This document shows positions 50,621-64,000 of a stretch of DNA of 64,000 nt, piece after piece. The stretch lies in NCBI RefSeq assembly GCF_006345805.1, contig NC_043010.1:25482001-25546000 (forward strand), in the 5' to 3' direction. The position numbers and the translations under genes were made by a program. Position 1 is the first letter of the stretch. Every line of letters starts with the position of its first letter. The notes beneath the pieces are model-generated. The model saw only the letters and a program-made list of their open reading frames with translations, did no database searches and was not told the DNA's origin. The stretch comes from Octopus sinensis. Its lineage: Eukaryota.

Positions 50621-51154
50621 AACAACATGGTTCCCGGTTCAGTCGTACTGTGTGGCACCTTGGGCAAGTATCTTCTGCTATAGGCTCACGTTGACCAAAA
50701 CCTTGTGAGTGGATGTGGTAGACGGAAACTGAAAGAAGCCCGTCATATCTCTATATATAAAACTGAATTGCGTTTTTACCGCTTGGATCGCTTTCAATGC
50801 CACTACATCCCGTCCGATTCGCTCCAAAATTTACAGGGACATGTAGAATGAGGTGACGATGCGCGTGGGCTACCTTAGAAATCCCTATCTTGAAAGGTGT
50901 GGTTGCTAGGGGCCATCTTCCTCACTCACCCTATTTCCTCCTTTCCCTCTCTTACTCCTCTTCATAACTTTCAGAAGTCCACTACGGTTATTTAAAGTAT
51001 CTGTCACTATCGCTATTTCCTTTCTTTTTCACTGACTCTGTTTCCTACCTTCCTATCACTTCGGCGGCGTTCTTTTAAGTATATGTCTGTCACCAACAAA
51101 CAACACATGAGCATGAGAACAAATATTATGAATCAGATATTCTTGCGTTCATTT

Positions 51155-51440
51155 ATATGTGTGTGTGTGTGTGTGTGTTCTATATATAAATATGTATATA
51201 TAATATATGTGTGTGTGTGTGTGTTCTATATATAAATATGTATATATAATGTATGTGTGTGTGTGTTCTATATATAAATATGTATATATAATGTATGTGT
51301 GTGTGTGTGTGTGTTCTATATATAAATATGTATACATAATGTATGTGTGTGTGTTCTATATATAAATATGTATATATAATATATGTGTGTGTGTCTGTGT
51401 GTTCTATATATAAATATGTATATATAATGTATATATACAA
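51155..51440. repeat. Minisatellite, about six units of TATATATAAATATGTATATATAAT.TAT(GT)nTC
   Basis: Directly visible. It explains the repeated YTYLYIEHTH pseudo-ORFs. Confidence 0.85.
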
Positions 51441-51581
51441 AGTGTATATATCTGTATTTATGTATATTAAACTTTTTCATACTTTTTCATAATTATATAT
51501 ATTTTTAAACAAATTATAAATATAATTTAATAATTTTTATTTTCAATTTAAATAATTTAAAGTTTTCAATTTTATATTTTA

Positions 51582-52495
51582 CTAGCAGTATCGCCCGGCG
51601 TTGCTCGGGTTTGTAAGGGAAATAACTATATAAGCATTTTTAGTGAGTTATAGCAAAAAAAATAGCAAAAAATGCATTAAAAATGGAATAAAAAATGATA
51701 GTAATTTTTTTTTAAATCGTTGACTCATCGTAGACATTTTTAGAGAGTTACCTCCCTTATATAATAGCGAAAAATGCATTAAAATGGAATAAAAAATGAT
51801 GGTAATTTTTTTTTTAATCGTTGACTCATCGTAGACGCGCGCTAATACCCAGAAGGACTCGATATGAATCACGACTATAAGATACCCGGTTTTGGTTACA
51901 CTGCACCGCAAAATGTGGGAGTGGTTAGGAATCTAAATCGTAGGAGACAGACACACAACCTTACTTTTATATATAAAGACTAGCAGTATCGCCCGGCGTT
52001 GCTCGGGTTTGTAAGGGAAATAACTATATAAGCATTTTTAGAGAGTTATAGCAAAAAATGCATTAAAAATGGAATAAAAAGTGATGGTAATTTTTTTTTA
52101 AATCGTTGACTCAGTGTCTTCAAGCCATGAAGTCGTTGTTCTAAAAGAACGCTGGTCTCCTTGACAACGCTTTACGACGTTGATTTCCTTACACTCCCTT
52201 CCCCACAGCTTCACGAGGGAGAAGCAAACAGGTGCAGATGTGAGCGTGGACGCCAACTCCGCCGCCATCGACACACGAAAAATTATGCATTAAAATGGAA
52301 TAAAAAATGATGTTAAATTATTTTTAAAATCGTAGACTCATCGTAGACGCACGCTAATAGCCAGACGTGCTTGATATGAATCACGACTATAAGATACCCG
52401 AATTTGGTTAAACTGCACCGCAAAATGTGGGAGTAGTTAGGAATCTAAATCGAAGGGGACAGACACTCACACAACTACAGTTTTATATATATAGA
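51582..52495 (-). mobile_element. Head-to-tail pair of short non-autonomous Helitrons (52495-51980 and 51979-51582)
   Basis: On the minus strand each starts TCT(A/T)TATATATAAAA and ends hairpin CCCGAGCAACGCCGGG + ...CTAG. The junction at 51980/51979 is CTAG|TC and the outer flanks are A and T. Confidence 0.85.
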
Positions 52496-53865
52496 TATAT
52501 TTTCTATGTTATATTTTCTTTTTTTATGTTTTTGTTTTTCGTTTTTCAGTTTGATTTGCCTATTAGTGGTTTTATCTCTAATTTAATTTATACAGATATA
52601 TATCTCATGTGTATACATTTGTATATATAATGCGTGCACACACACACACACACATATATATATACACATATATATATAATGTGTGCATTACGTAGTCGGT
52701 CGATTCAGCTGAAAATATGCACACCTATGTTAAAGGTGCTGACAAGTTTGCATGACAACTATTTTGTTCCTCAAATGAAAGGCGTCACCTCTAGGACAAA
52801 ATTCCTCATCTTATAAAATGTGGCCCCAGTAGACCCGAATGAAATCGGGTTATATTAACCAAAATGTGAAAAGGGGTCTAAATGGGGCTGGAAGGGGATT
52901 AAAATTTCAAGGAGTGGGTGTTTAGGAATTCTCTGTTACATCAAGCTAAAAAATTTGCGGCAGCCTTTTAATCGTCAATGTGTTGCTGTCCATGATAAAG
53001 AAGTTTTGAATGCTTGCCATGGTGAGTCTACTGTCGTGAGAAAGAATCACTTCAAAACTTGGTGTTTACGAATTTTCTTTTACATCAAGTTCAAAATTTT
53101 ACGCCAGCCGTTAAACTGTCACTACGTTGCTGTCCGTCGTTAAAAAATGCCAGCCGTGGTGACTCTGCTATCCTCAGATTCTATCCCTTCAAACTTTGGT
53201 TTCCAATATTTTATTATTTTTATTCAGCTCGCAAGTTCGTCTGTCCCTTTTAAATGTTAGCGTTTTGCTGTCTGCCTTGAAGCAGACCTTTCCATTGCCA
53301 CTGCCTCATATTTCTGATTGATCTTTCTAAATATTTTATTTCTCAACTTACTCAAGATCTTCTGTTGTTTATAAATGGGAGAGAGATAGATAAAGATAGA
53401 GAGTAAGAGAAAGCGAGGGAGAGTCCGAGAGAAAAAAAAGTAAGAGAGTGGGAAAGTGAGAGAGAAAGGAGAGAGAAACAAATACGGAGAATCATCATCA
53501 TCATCGTTTAACGTCCGTTTTCCGTGCTAGCACGGGTTGGGCAGTGTGACCGGGGTCTCGGAAGCCAGGAGGCTGCACCAGGCTCCAGTCTGATCTGGCA
53601 GTGTTTCTACAGGTGGATGACCTTCCTAACGCCAACCACTCTGTGAGTGTTGTGAGTGCTTTTTTCGTGCCGCCGGCACTGTTGCCAGGGGGGCTCGCAG
53701 TGGCAACGATCGGTTGGTGCTTTTTACGTGCCACCGGCACAGAGGCAAGTCAAGGTGGTGCTGCAATCGGCCACGTTCGGATGGTGCTTTTTACGTGCTG
53801 AAAGGAAGCAACAGAAAGTAACACCCACACTCTTACCCACGCGTAGAGCGGGTCACCTTCAGCTA

Positions 53866-53900
<35 letters not shown>

Positions 53901-55547
53901 TGTGTGTGTGTCTGTATGTGTGTGTGTATGTATGTATGTGTATGTTTGCATATCTGTGTTTGTCCTCCCACCATCGCTTGACAACCATTGTTGGTGTGTT
54001 TATGCCTCCATAACTTAGCGGTTTGGCAAAAGAGACCAATAGAATAAGTACTAGGCTTTCAAAGAATAAGCCCTGGGGTCGATATGTTCAACTAAAGGCA
54101 GGGTTCCAGCATGGCCACAGTCAAATGACTGAAACAAGTAACAGAATAAAAGAATGTATGTGTGTGTCTGTGTGTCCCCTTGCCATGACATTGTATGAGT
54201 GTTCTAAATGAATGACATTTATGTCCAACTGAAGAAAGCCACCAAGGAAATAAGCACAGCAGCTGAAACTCGATCAAGGTGGCTATGCTTGATAAGAGAC
54301 TGCAAGTGGAGCCAACCGTTTTGTAGGTGAAGACTACCTCAGTCCTCACTGCCCCACTCAGGGGAAGCATACAAGCCAAGGGGCAAAATGCTTGTGACCC
54401 TGAGATACCTGCTGGTGATATGGAAAGGTTTCCAGCATTGCAATGGATTTAGAAGAGCTAGCAAAACCTCTGAGGAGCTCCTGCAAAGCATCTCTGATAT
54501 TCATTTCACTTGCAAAGCTATGCCTGATCATAGGGAAATATTATCTTATTTGGAAACAAGTCAGGGTTGGCAACTGGAGGATATCTGGCCATAGAAAAAT
54601 CAACTTCATCTGAACCACAGCCATGGAAAATTTGACATTAAAATGACAATGGAGATTACGATGGTCTTTATCACTTCTTCAACTATTTTTATACAAAGTT
54701 TTCATCATCATCATCATTTAGCATCTGTTTTCTATACCAGGCTCCAGTCTGATTTGGCATGATTTCTACAGCTGGATGCCCTTCCTAAAGCCAACCACTC
54801 CAAGAGTGTAGTGGTGTCTTTTACATGTTACCAGCCCGAGTGCCTTTTATGTGTCACTGACATGAATGCATTTCGCATGTCACTGACACAGGTGTCCTTA
54901 ACATGTCATCATCATGAGTGCCTTTTATGTCACCAGCACTGTCCACAAAATGTATAAATCATACAGAAAGATTTTTAGCAAATCTATATCTGCAACTGGT
55001 GTAACATGATAAGGTATATAGTTATATATGCCTCAATCCTTGTTTATCATTTAGTGTATTCACCCCCCCCCCCATATTTTGCTAACCCTCATTTTATCCA
55101 TACTCTCTTGCAAACTCTATCCAGTCCTTCTTCCTGTTCTTCTGCCCTTCAGATTCTTCCGTGACATGTTGCCCACCACCACGAACAACACCATCTTTAT
55201 CTTTCCAGTTTCAAATGACATCAGTGAACTATCAGACACAAGCATTTCAATTTTATCTCACCCTCTCAGTGACAAACAGCAAGTATCACAATAATGATAT
55301 GTAGATCTTTTTATAGTATATTCTAGCATGTGCAAACACGGAAATGGCATCCACATGCACATACGTGTGTGTGTGTGTGTGTATGTATGTACACATATGG
55401 ATATACATATATATATGTATATTATGTGCATGTATATACACATATATACACAAATATATATGCATATATATAAACATACAAATATATATATAAATCTACA
55501 CATACACATATATACACACACACATATATACATGAACACATACATAT

Positions 55548-55603
<56 letters not shown>

Positions 55604-55694
55604 CACATATACATGAATATGCAAACATATGCTCATATATACATACATATATACATGAATATATGTACAAACATGTCTGCATATACAAATGTTT

Positions 55695-55725
<31 letters not shown>

Positions 55726-55888
55726 TACACATACATATACATACACATACATAGGCAAGCAAACACACACACATACATGCAGGCACACACATGTATATAT
55801 TAATTTAAATCTATATTTGGAAGTCACTCACATTATCAGCATCCAGAGAATCAGTCAACTTATTGAGATGCTGAAATGTCACTTATAC

Positions 55889-55988
55889 NNNNNNNNNNNN
55901 NNNNNNNNNNNNNNNNNNNNNNNNNNNNNNNNNNNNNNNNNNNNNNNNNNNNNNNNNNNNNNNNNNNNNNNNNNNNNNNNNNNNNNNN
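55889..55988. other. Assembly gap (100 N)
   Basis: Run of N. Contiguity across it is not guaranteed. Confidence 0.99.
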
Positions 55989-56711
55989 CAAATTCTTCTG
56001 ATGGAGAGTAATGATATGCAGAAAGAAGGAAGAAAGATGGTGAAAATGTTGATGGAAATAACCCAAAGATAGAAGGTTGGGGTCATCTGTATAGAATCAA
56101 ACACAGTCATGCCTGTAAAATGCATTCTGTGCCAGTCCACATAAAGGGCACCCATACTGGTCCATAAAGGAAGCACCCAGTACACTCTGTAAAGTGGTTG
56201 GTGTTAGGAAGAGCATCCGCTGTAGAAGAAACTAAGTGAAATCAGACTGGAACTGGTGCAGCTCTCTGGTCAAACAGTTCAACCCATGCCAGCATGGAAA
56301 ACGGACGTTAAATGCTGATGATGATGATGTTTAAATCTCATCAGTGATGACTTTGCCTATCAACCTTGTGGGGAACAATAAAATAAGTGCCAACCAAGTG
56401 CCAGGGTTGATTAAACCAACCATATTCTCCCCAGGAAATTTGTGGCCTTGATGTGCCTGGTACTTGTGTGGAAAATTGGTAAACAAAATAAACAGCCACA
56501 TAAAGACAATCATAACTCATTTATTGCAAACAAACACAGGATGCAAGAGATACACACACTGTCACAGGGCTTTCTCTATCTCACTCATAAATAAATGGAT
56601 TTCTGTGTCAAAGAGGGAGACTCTGTGTGGTCACCGACCAACTAAAAATAGCAGTCAAATCTCCATTATATCACACTCTGCCATCTTAAAAACTAAATGA
56701 TTCCATTTAGG

Positions 56712-57065
56712 TGTAGACGTGGCTGTGTGATAGGAAGCTTGCTTTCCAGCCACATGGTTTCGGGTTCAATCCGACTGCATGGCACATTGGGCAAGTGTCT
56801 TCTACTATAGCCTTGGGCCAACAAAAGCTTTATGAGTGGATTTTGTAAACAGAAACTGAAAGAAGCCCACTGTATGTGTGTCTTTGGCAACCAGTGTTGG
56901 TGTGTTTATGTCCATGTAACCCTTGTAGTGGTTTGGCAAAAGATACCAACAGAATAAGAATCAAACTCAAAAGAAAGCAAGTGCTGGAGTAAATTCATTT
57001 GACTAAAAATTCTTCAAGAGTGTGCTCCAGCATGGTTGCAGTCTAATGACTGAAACAAGTGAAAA
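56712..57065 (+). mobile_element. SINE family A, older copy
   Basis: Family A head and tail with a shortened middle. Confidence 0.75.
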
Positions 57066-57459
57066 CATAAAAACAACTGACTAATGCAGTTGATGAAAAT
57101 AACCCAAAAGATATTTCTATGATGAGCCGTCTATACAGCTAAGTGCTTTATAGTTATGAAACAAATGGTCACTTTCTCACCGGCCATAACATTTAACTTT
57201 CTCAAAAAATATATAACTGCTCTAATGTATTAGAATGTGCTACTTTTTCAGATATATGAACCACTGGTGATATATATATCATCATCATCATCATCGTTGT
57301 TGTCGTCATACGTCCATCTTCCATGCATGCATGGGTAGGTAGGATGGTTCATAAGTGATGGCCAGGTAGAAAACTATCCTAGGCTACTGTGTCTGTTTTG
57401 GCAGGGTTTTTTATGGATGCTGGCCGTCCTCTTACCGAACACCAACCACACACAAATAT

Positions 57460-57598
57460 ATTTATTATATAGAGGACATATATATATATATGTATATATA
57501 TTGATATATATATTGTACAGATCGATATGATAGGATATATATATATATAGATATATATATATATATATGGTAGGTAGATAGATATGTATGGATATAGA

Positions 57599-57647
<49 letters not shown>

Positions 57648-57962
57648 GTATGTATATATATTGATATATATGTATGCTATAGTATATATATAGATATATG
57701 TATATATATTAATATATATATATATATAATATATATATATAATATATATATATATATATAGTATGTATGTATATATATATATATTATGTATGTATATAAT
57801 ATATATATATAATGTATTATATATATATATATAATATATATATTATGTATATATATCTATATATATATATATATAGATATATGTATATATATATATAATA
57901 TAGATTATGTATAATGATATATATATATATAGCTGTAAAGATATATAGATATATATGAGATA

Positions 57963-58016
<54 letters not shown>

Positions 58017-58077
58017 TATATATATAGATGGAGAATATATATATATGTATAGTATGATATATATATATATAGATATG

Positions 58078-58126
<49 letters not shown>

Positions 58127-58220
58127 GATATGTAGATATATATATATATATGTATATATAGATATATATATATATATATCTGTATATATATAGATTATAG
58201 ATATATATATATATGTATAG

Positions 58221-58261
<41 letters not shown>

Positions 58262-58297
58262 TATAATATATATGTATATAGATATAATATATATAGG

Positions 58298-58329
<32 letters not shown>

Positions 58330-58344
58330 TATATAATATATATC

Positions 58345-58380
<36 letters not shown>

Positions 58381-58383
58381 GTA

Positions 58384-58418
<35 letters not shown>

Positions 58419-58570
58419 GGTATCTATACTATAATATATATGTATATATTATATATATATATATATAATATATGTAATCTATATATATAATATATGTATA
58501 GATATATATATATATAGATATATTATATATAATATATGTACATGTTATATATATATATATATATATATGG

Positions 58571-58610
<40 letters not shown>

Positions 58611-58988
58611 ATATATATATATATATATATACATGTATATAATATATATATATATACATGTATATAATATATATATATTATATATATATACATGTATATA
58701 ATATATATATATATATATATATACATGTCGATATATATATATATATACTATTCATGTATAACCAGGGATATATATATATATATAATGCATATACAGCCTA
58801 TGTATATATATATATATATACAATGAATATATATATATATCAGGTTCATAGACACTATATATATAATTCATTATATATACAATGTGGATATATATTATAT
58901 ATATATATATATATATACATGTGTATATATATATATATATATATATACACGGTGGATATATATATATATATATATATATATACTGTAT

Positions 58989-59056
<68 letters not shown>

Positions 59057-59153
59057 CCGGTATATATATTATATATATATATATACATGTATATATATAT
59101 ATATATATCGATAATATATACATGTATATATTATATATATATTATAGATATAT

Positions 59154-59185
<32 letters not shown>

Positions 59186-59256
59186 AACATGTATATCTAT
59201 ATATATATATATTATATATATATATACATACCTATATATATATAATATATATATAT

Positions 59257-59298
<42 letters not shown>

Positions 59299-59369
59299 AT
59301 ATATATACTATATATATATATATACATGTAATATATATATATATTTATATATATGTATATATATATATG

Positions 59370-59401
<32 letters not shown>

Positions 59402-59420
59402 TATATATATATTATATATG

Positions 59421-59458
<38 letters not shown>

Positions 59459-59460
59459 TG

Positions 59461-59537
<77 letters not shown>

Positions 59538-60414
59538 GTATATCTACATATATATGTATATATCTATATATATATGTATATATCACATATATATGTATAT
59601 ATATATATATAGCTAATATACATATATATGTATATATACATATATATGTATATATACATATATATGTATATATACATATCTATATATATATACTATATAA
59701 TATAATAAATATATACATATCAATCATCATCATTCATCATCAATTTAACGTCCGCTTTCCATGCTAGCATGGGTTGGACGGTTCACAATGGGGTCGGGGA
59801 GCCCGAAAGCTGCACCAGTCCAGTCAGATCTGGCAGTGTTTTACAGCTGGATGCCCTTCCTAACGCCAACCACTCGAGAGTGTAGTGGGTGATTTATGTG
59901 CCACGACACAGGTGCCAGCGAGGCTGACAAACGGCCACGCTCGGATGGGTGTTTTTTATGTGCCACCGACACAGGTGCCAGACGAGGTGGCAGACGGCCA
60001 CGCTCGGAGGTGTTTTTATGTGCCACCGACACAGGTGCCAGACGGCTGGCAGACGTCACGCTCGGATGGTGTTTTTGTTTTGCCACCGACAAAGGTGCCA
60101 GACGAGGCTGGCGGACGGCCACGCTCGGATGGTGTTTTGGTGTTTATGTGCCACCGACACAGGTGCCAGATGAGGCTGGCAAACGGCCACGATCGGATGG
60201 TGCTTGTTACGTGCCCACAGCACGGAGGCCAGCGATGCGGTACTGGCTACGGCCACGTTCGATGGTTTTCTTATGTGCCACGTGGCCACGGCACTGGTAC
60301 CAAAAGATACATATATATTACATATATACATATATATACATATACATAATACTATAATATACATATATATACATATATATATATATACAGATATATATAC
60401 ATATATATATATAT

Positions 60415-60448
<34 letters not shown>

Positions 60449-60679
60449 GATATACATATATATATATTATATATAGATATACATATATATATATATATAT
60501 ATAGATATACGTATATATATATATATAGATATATATAGTATATAGCTATATATATATTACATATATATATATATATATAGATATACATATATATATTATA
60601 TATAGATAACATATATATATATATATATATATAGATATACATATATATATATATATATATAATATATATACAATATATA

Positions 60680-60723
<44 letters not shown>

Positions 60724-61145
60724 ATATATATATAATACATATATATATATATATATAGATATACATATATTATATATATATATCATATAGATATACATTA
60801 TATATATATATATAGATATACATATATATATAGCTATATCGATATACATCTATATATCTATAGATATACATACTATATATTATAGATATACATTATATAT
60901 ATATATCATAGATATACATATATATATATATAGATATACATATATATAGATATAGATACAATAATATATATATATATATACATATATATATAGATAGATA
61001 TATATATATATATAAATAGATATACATATATATATAATAGATATACATATATATATATATATAGATATACATATATATATATATATAGATATACATCTAA
61101 TATATATAGATATACATATATATATTATAGCTATCTATATATAGA

Positions 61146-61182
<37 letters not shown>

Positions 61183-61819
61183 GATATACATATAATATTA
61201 TAGATATACATATATATATATATATATCTATATAGGATATACATAGATATTATATATAAGATATAGATATATCTATATATATATATATAAATAGATATAC
61301 ATATATATATATATATATAGATACATATATATATATATAGATATATCAGATATACATATATATATATATATATAGAATACATATATATATATATATATAT
61401 AGTACTACATATATATATATCTATATATATACATATATATATCGATATTAAATATATATAATATATATACATATATATATATAATATACATATATTATAT
61501 ATATATATATATCCATATATATATATATTTATATACAATAGATATATAATATAATATTATATATATATATATACATATAGATATATATATAATAGCTATA
61601 TATATACATATATATATTTATATACAGATATATATATATTAGATACAATATATTATATATACTTATAGATATATATTACATATATATTATATATACATAT
61701 CATCTATATATATATATATATATACATATATATATAATATATATATATATTATATATATATATAATATACTCCATATATATATATATAATTACATATATA
61801 TATATTATATATATATATC

Positions 61820-61850
<31 letters not shown>

Positions 61851-61994
61851 CATATATTTAAATATATATTACATATATATACATATATATACTATATATA
61901 CATATATATATACATATATATATAATATATATATTATATCATATATATATATATATATAATATATATATCTATGTATATATACATATATACTAC

Positions 61995-62045
<51 letters not shown>

Positions 62046-62079
62046 TGTACTTACATATAATATTATATATATATGACAT

Positions 62080-62132
<53 letters not shown>
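57460..62132. repeat. Very long degenerate (TA)n tract interrupted by an RTE 3' UTR fragment
   Basis: Directly visible. All YIYI-type ORFs here are artefacts. Confidence 0.95.
59725..60300 (-). mobile_element. RTE 3' UTR fragment with an expanded tandem array of 55-65 bp units
   Basis: TTTAACGTCCGCTTTCCATGCTAGCATGGGTTGGACGG is the RTE 3' end. It is followed by about six units of TGTGCCACCGACACAGGTGCCAGACGAGGCTGGC..ACGGCCACGCTCGGATGG. Shorter tail-only copies at about 8325, 11950, 21975, 53490, 54705 and 56170. Confidence 0.85.
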
Positions 62133-62134
<2 letters not shown>

Positions 62135-62595
62135 CATGATTGAATAGCCACTTTTCTGTTGTTCATGCGTCAAACAGAATTTGTTGAGGCAGATTTCTAC
62201 ATCAGATGCCTTTCTTTTCTCATCGACCCTAACATATTTCCAAGCCAGGTAATATTACCACCCCACCCTCATGCCCAGACACTTTTATATGGAAGACTGG
62301 AAATGATTAACACTGCTTATATAACAGAGACACTCATTTACAAATGTTGCACAGTGTCAAGACAATGTGACACACACACACAAACACATATATAGTATAG
62401 TGATCTAGCTTTGCTGTGGAGTGGTTATCTCCCCTGTCAGTATATGAAAATGTGCTTCCTTGTGGCTCTGAGGGTTTTTAACTCTTATTTCTAGCAATAT
62501 AGGTGCTACCTGGTACCCTCAGTCATAATTAGTGACAATTGAATTTTTCCTTTTTGGTTTTATATTGCATATAGCTGCCTTCATTATGATATATC

Positions 62596-62975
62596 ACAGG
62601 AGTGGCTGTGTGGTAAGTAGCTTGCTTACCAACCACGTGGTTCCGGGTTCAGTCCCACTGTGTGGCACCTTGGGCAAGTCTCTTCTACTATAATCTCGGG
62701 CCAACCAAAGCCTTGTGAGTGGATTTGGTAGATGGAAACTGAAAGAAGCCCGTCGTATATATGTATATGTATATGTATATATGTGTGTGTTTGTGTGTCT
62801 GTGTTTGTCCTCCAATACTGGTGTGTTTACGTCCCTGTAACTTAGTGGTTTGGCAAAAGAGATCGATAGAATAAGTACTAGGCTTACAAAGATTTGCTCG
62901 ATTTGCTTGACTAAAGGTGGTGCTCCAGTATGGCCACAGTCAAATGACTGAAACAGGTAAAAGAGTAAAAGAATA
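62596..62975 (+). mobile_element. SINE family A, well preserved and uninterrupted
   Basis: CAGGAGTGGCTGTGTGGTAAGTAGCTTGCTTACCAACCACGTGGTTCCGGGTTCAGTCCC. Serves as the empty-site reference for the nested insertions. Confidence 0.88.
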
Positions 62976-63255
62976 ATACACAGATGTGTGTGTGTGTGTG
63001 TGTGTGTTTGTATTTAGTGTACCTTTGTCTAAACATTGTGTAATGGTTGTGAGGAAGCATCATCATCATCAGAGGAAGAGCAATGTTGTTCGTTTCCAGT
63101 CTTCCATGAAAAAAAAAAAACATGTCTGGCCATGAGAAAATATTTATTTGCCTGGAAGTAGGTGAGGGTTCACAAGAGGAAGGGCACCCAACCATAGAAA
63201 ATGTGCCCCATCAAATTCTGTCTGATTCATGCAAGCATGGAAAAGTTGATGTTAA

Positions 63256-63277
63256 ATGATGAAGATGATGAGGATGA

Positions 63278-63310
<33 letters not shown>

Positions 63311-63513
63311 CGGTGGCGGCAGTGGCAGCGGTGGCGGCAGTGGTGGCGGTGGGCGGCAGTGGCGGCAGTGGCGGCGGTGGCGGCAGTGGTGATGGTGATA
63401 ATGATGATGGCGGTGATGATGATGATGATGATGGTGTGGTGGTGATGCCGATATGATGATGGTAGTGGTGGTGGTGGCAGTGATACTGATATGATGATGT
63501 TGATGATGATGAT
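63256..63513. repeat. Compound trinucleotide microsatellite (GAT/GGT/GGC)
   Basis: Directly visible. Confidence 0.9.
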
Positions 63514-64000
63514 CTCTACAAAAGTGCAAAGAGTGTCAAAATCAGCAGCCATCTCTCATGGCAACGAACCGCATTGCCTTTAAAAAACAAGATTGTAATC
63601 CTAGTTCACAGTCGAGTGGGTTACTAAGTAGGTTTGGAAAAGATGTCCAACTGAATAAACAACGGTTTCCAAACAATATGCAGCAAGATCTAAATTTGCA
63701 AAAGTCGATCCAACTGTGTTAGCGATGGATAAAAAAAAAGCAAAAAAACATACACACACACACACACAAAGCAAAAAAAAACATGCCAAAATAGAAACAA
63801 CAACAAGAACAAGAAAATAATATCTATAATCGACAGTATGAAATATTGGGAAGTATTTAGCTGAATATATGAAATATTCCAGAGGGATTTAGAACTACCA
63901 TAATGCAACCATTTGCCTGTGGGAATTTGGGTGTGTATATGCGTATGTGCATATATGTGTATATGCGTATGTGTGTGTGCATTTGTAAATGTTAAAGCAC

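Larger units (their letters stand above)
50748..53866 (+). mobile_element. Non-autonomous Helitron-like element inserted in the (TA)n of a family A SINE, containing nested elements
   Basis: Starts A|TCTCTATATATAAAA. Ends with a degenerate hairpin ACCCACGCGTAGAGCGGGT (53835-53853) and CTAG|T. The host SINE (50354-50747) resumes at 53867-54153. Confidence 0.8.

Noticed and set aside
59890-60300. CRISPR-like array of repeats with partly variable spacers (also 44480-44720)
   Set aside because: The units are whole tandem duplications inside an RTE 3' UTR, the spacers are related to each other, the context is eukaryotic and there are no cas genes.
57460-62132. Many 60-170 aa YIYI/ICIY ORFs (also 36368-36914 and 55258-56011)
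   Set aside because: These are translations of TA, TG and CA microsatellites, which lack stops in some frames.
63201-63552. Poly-Asp/Gly/His/Pro ORFs resembling low-complexity proteins
   Set aside because: A compound trinucleotide microsatellite grown from a (GAT)n retroelement tail, with no splice or domain support.

Overview
Repeat-rich, AT-rich animal genomic DNA, most likely a coleoid cephalopod (octopus-like SINE, LINE and microsatellite landscape; inference). Two spliced genes converge tail to tail: the last six coding exons of an R3HCC1/R3HCC1L-family gene (+, 6243-16748) and a complete three-exon MORN4/retinophilin CDS (-, 45422-37472, 144 aa). The rest is mostly decayed mobile DNA: an R4/Dong LINE interrupted by an RTE LINE, a second RTE copy, a near full-length Tx1/L1-clade LINE with a 16-bp TSD inside a SINE head, CR1 fragments, a full-length DD34D mariner inside a non-autonomous Helitron, a deleted mariner, nested and tandem Helitrons, a piggyBac-type MITE, many tRNA-derived SINEs, a 100-N gap and about 4.6 kb of noisy (TA)n. 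The most notable signals are four fold-back elements with minimal hammerhead-ribozyme-like cores, three insertions between the A and B boxes of SINE heads (possibly a SINE-targeting Tx1 family), and a PHD-type finger inside the RTE polymerase ORF. No CRISPR, rRNA or genuine tRNA gene is supported. All calls were made by eye and TE boundaries are approximate.
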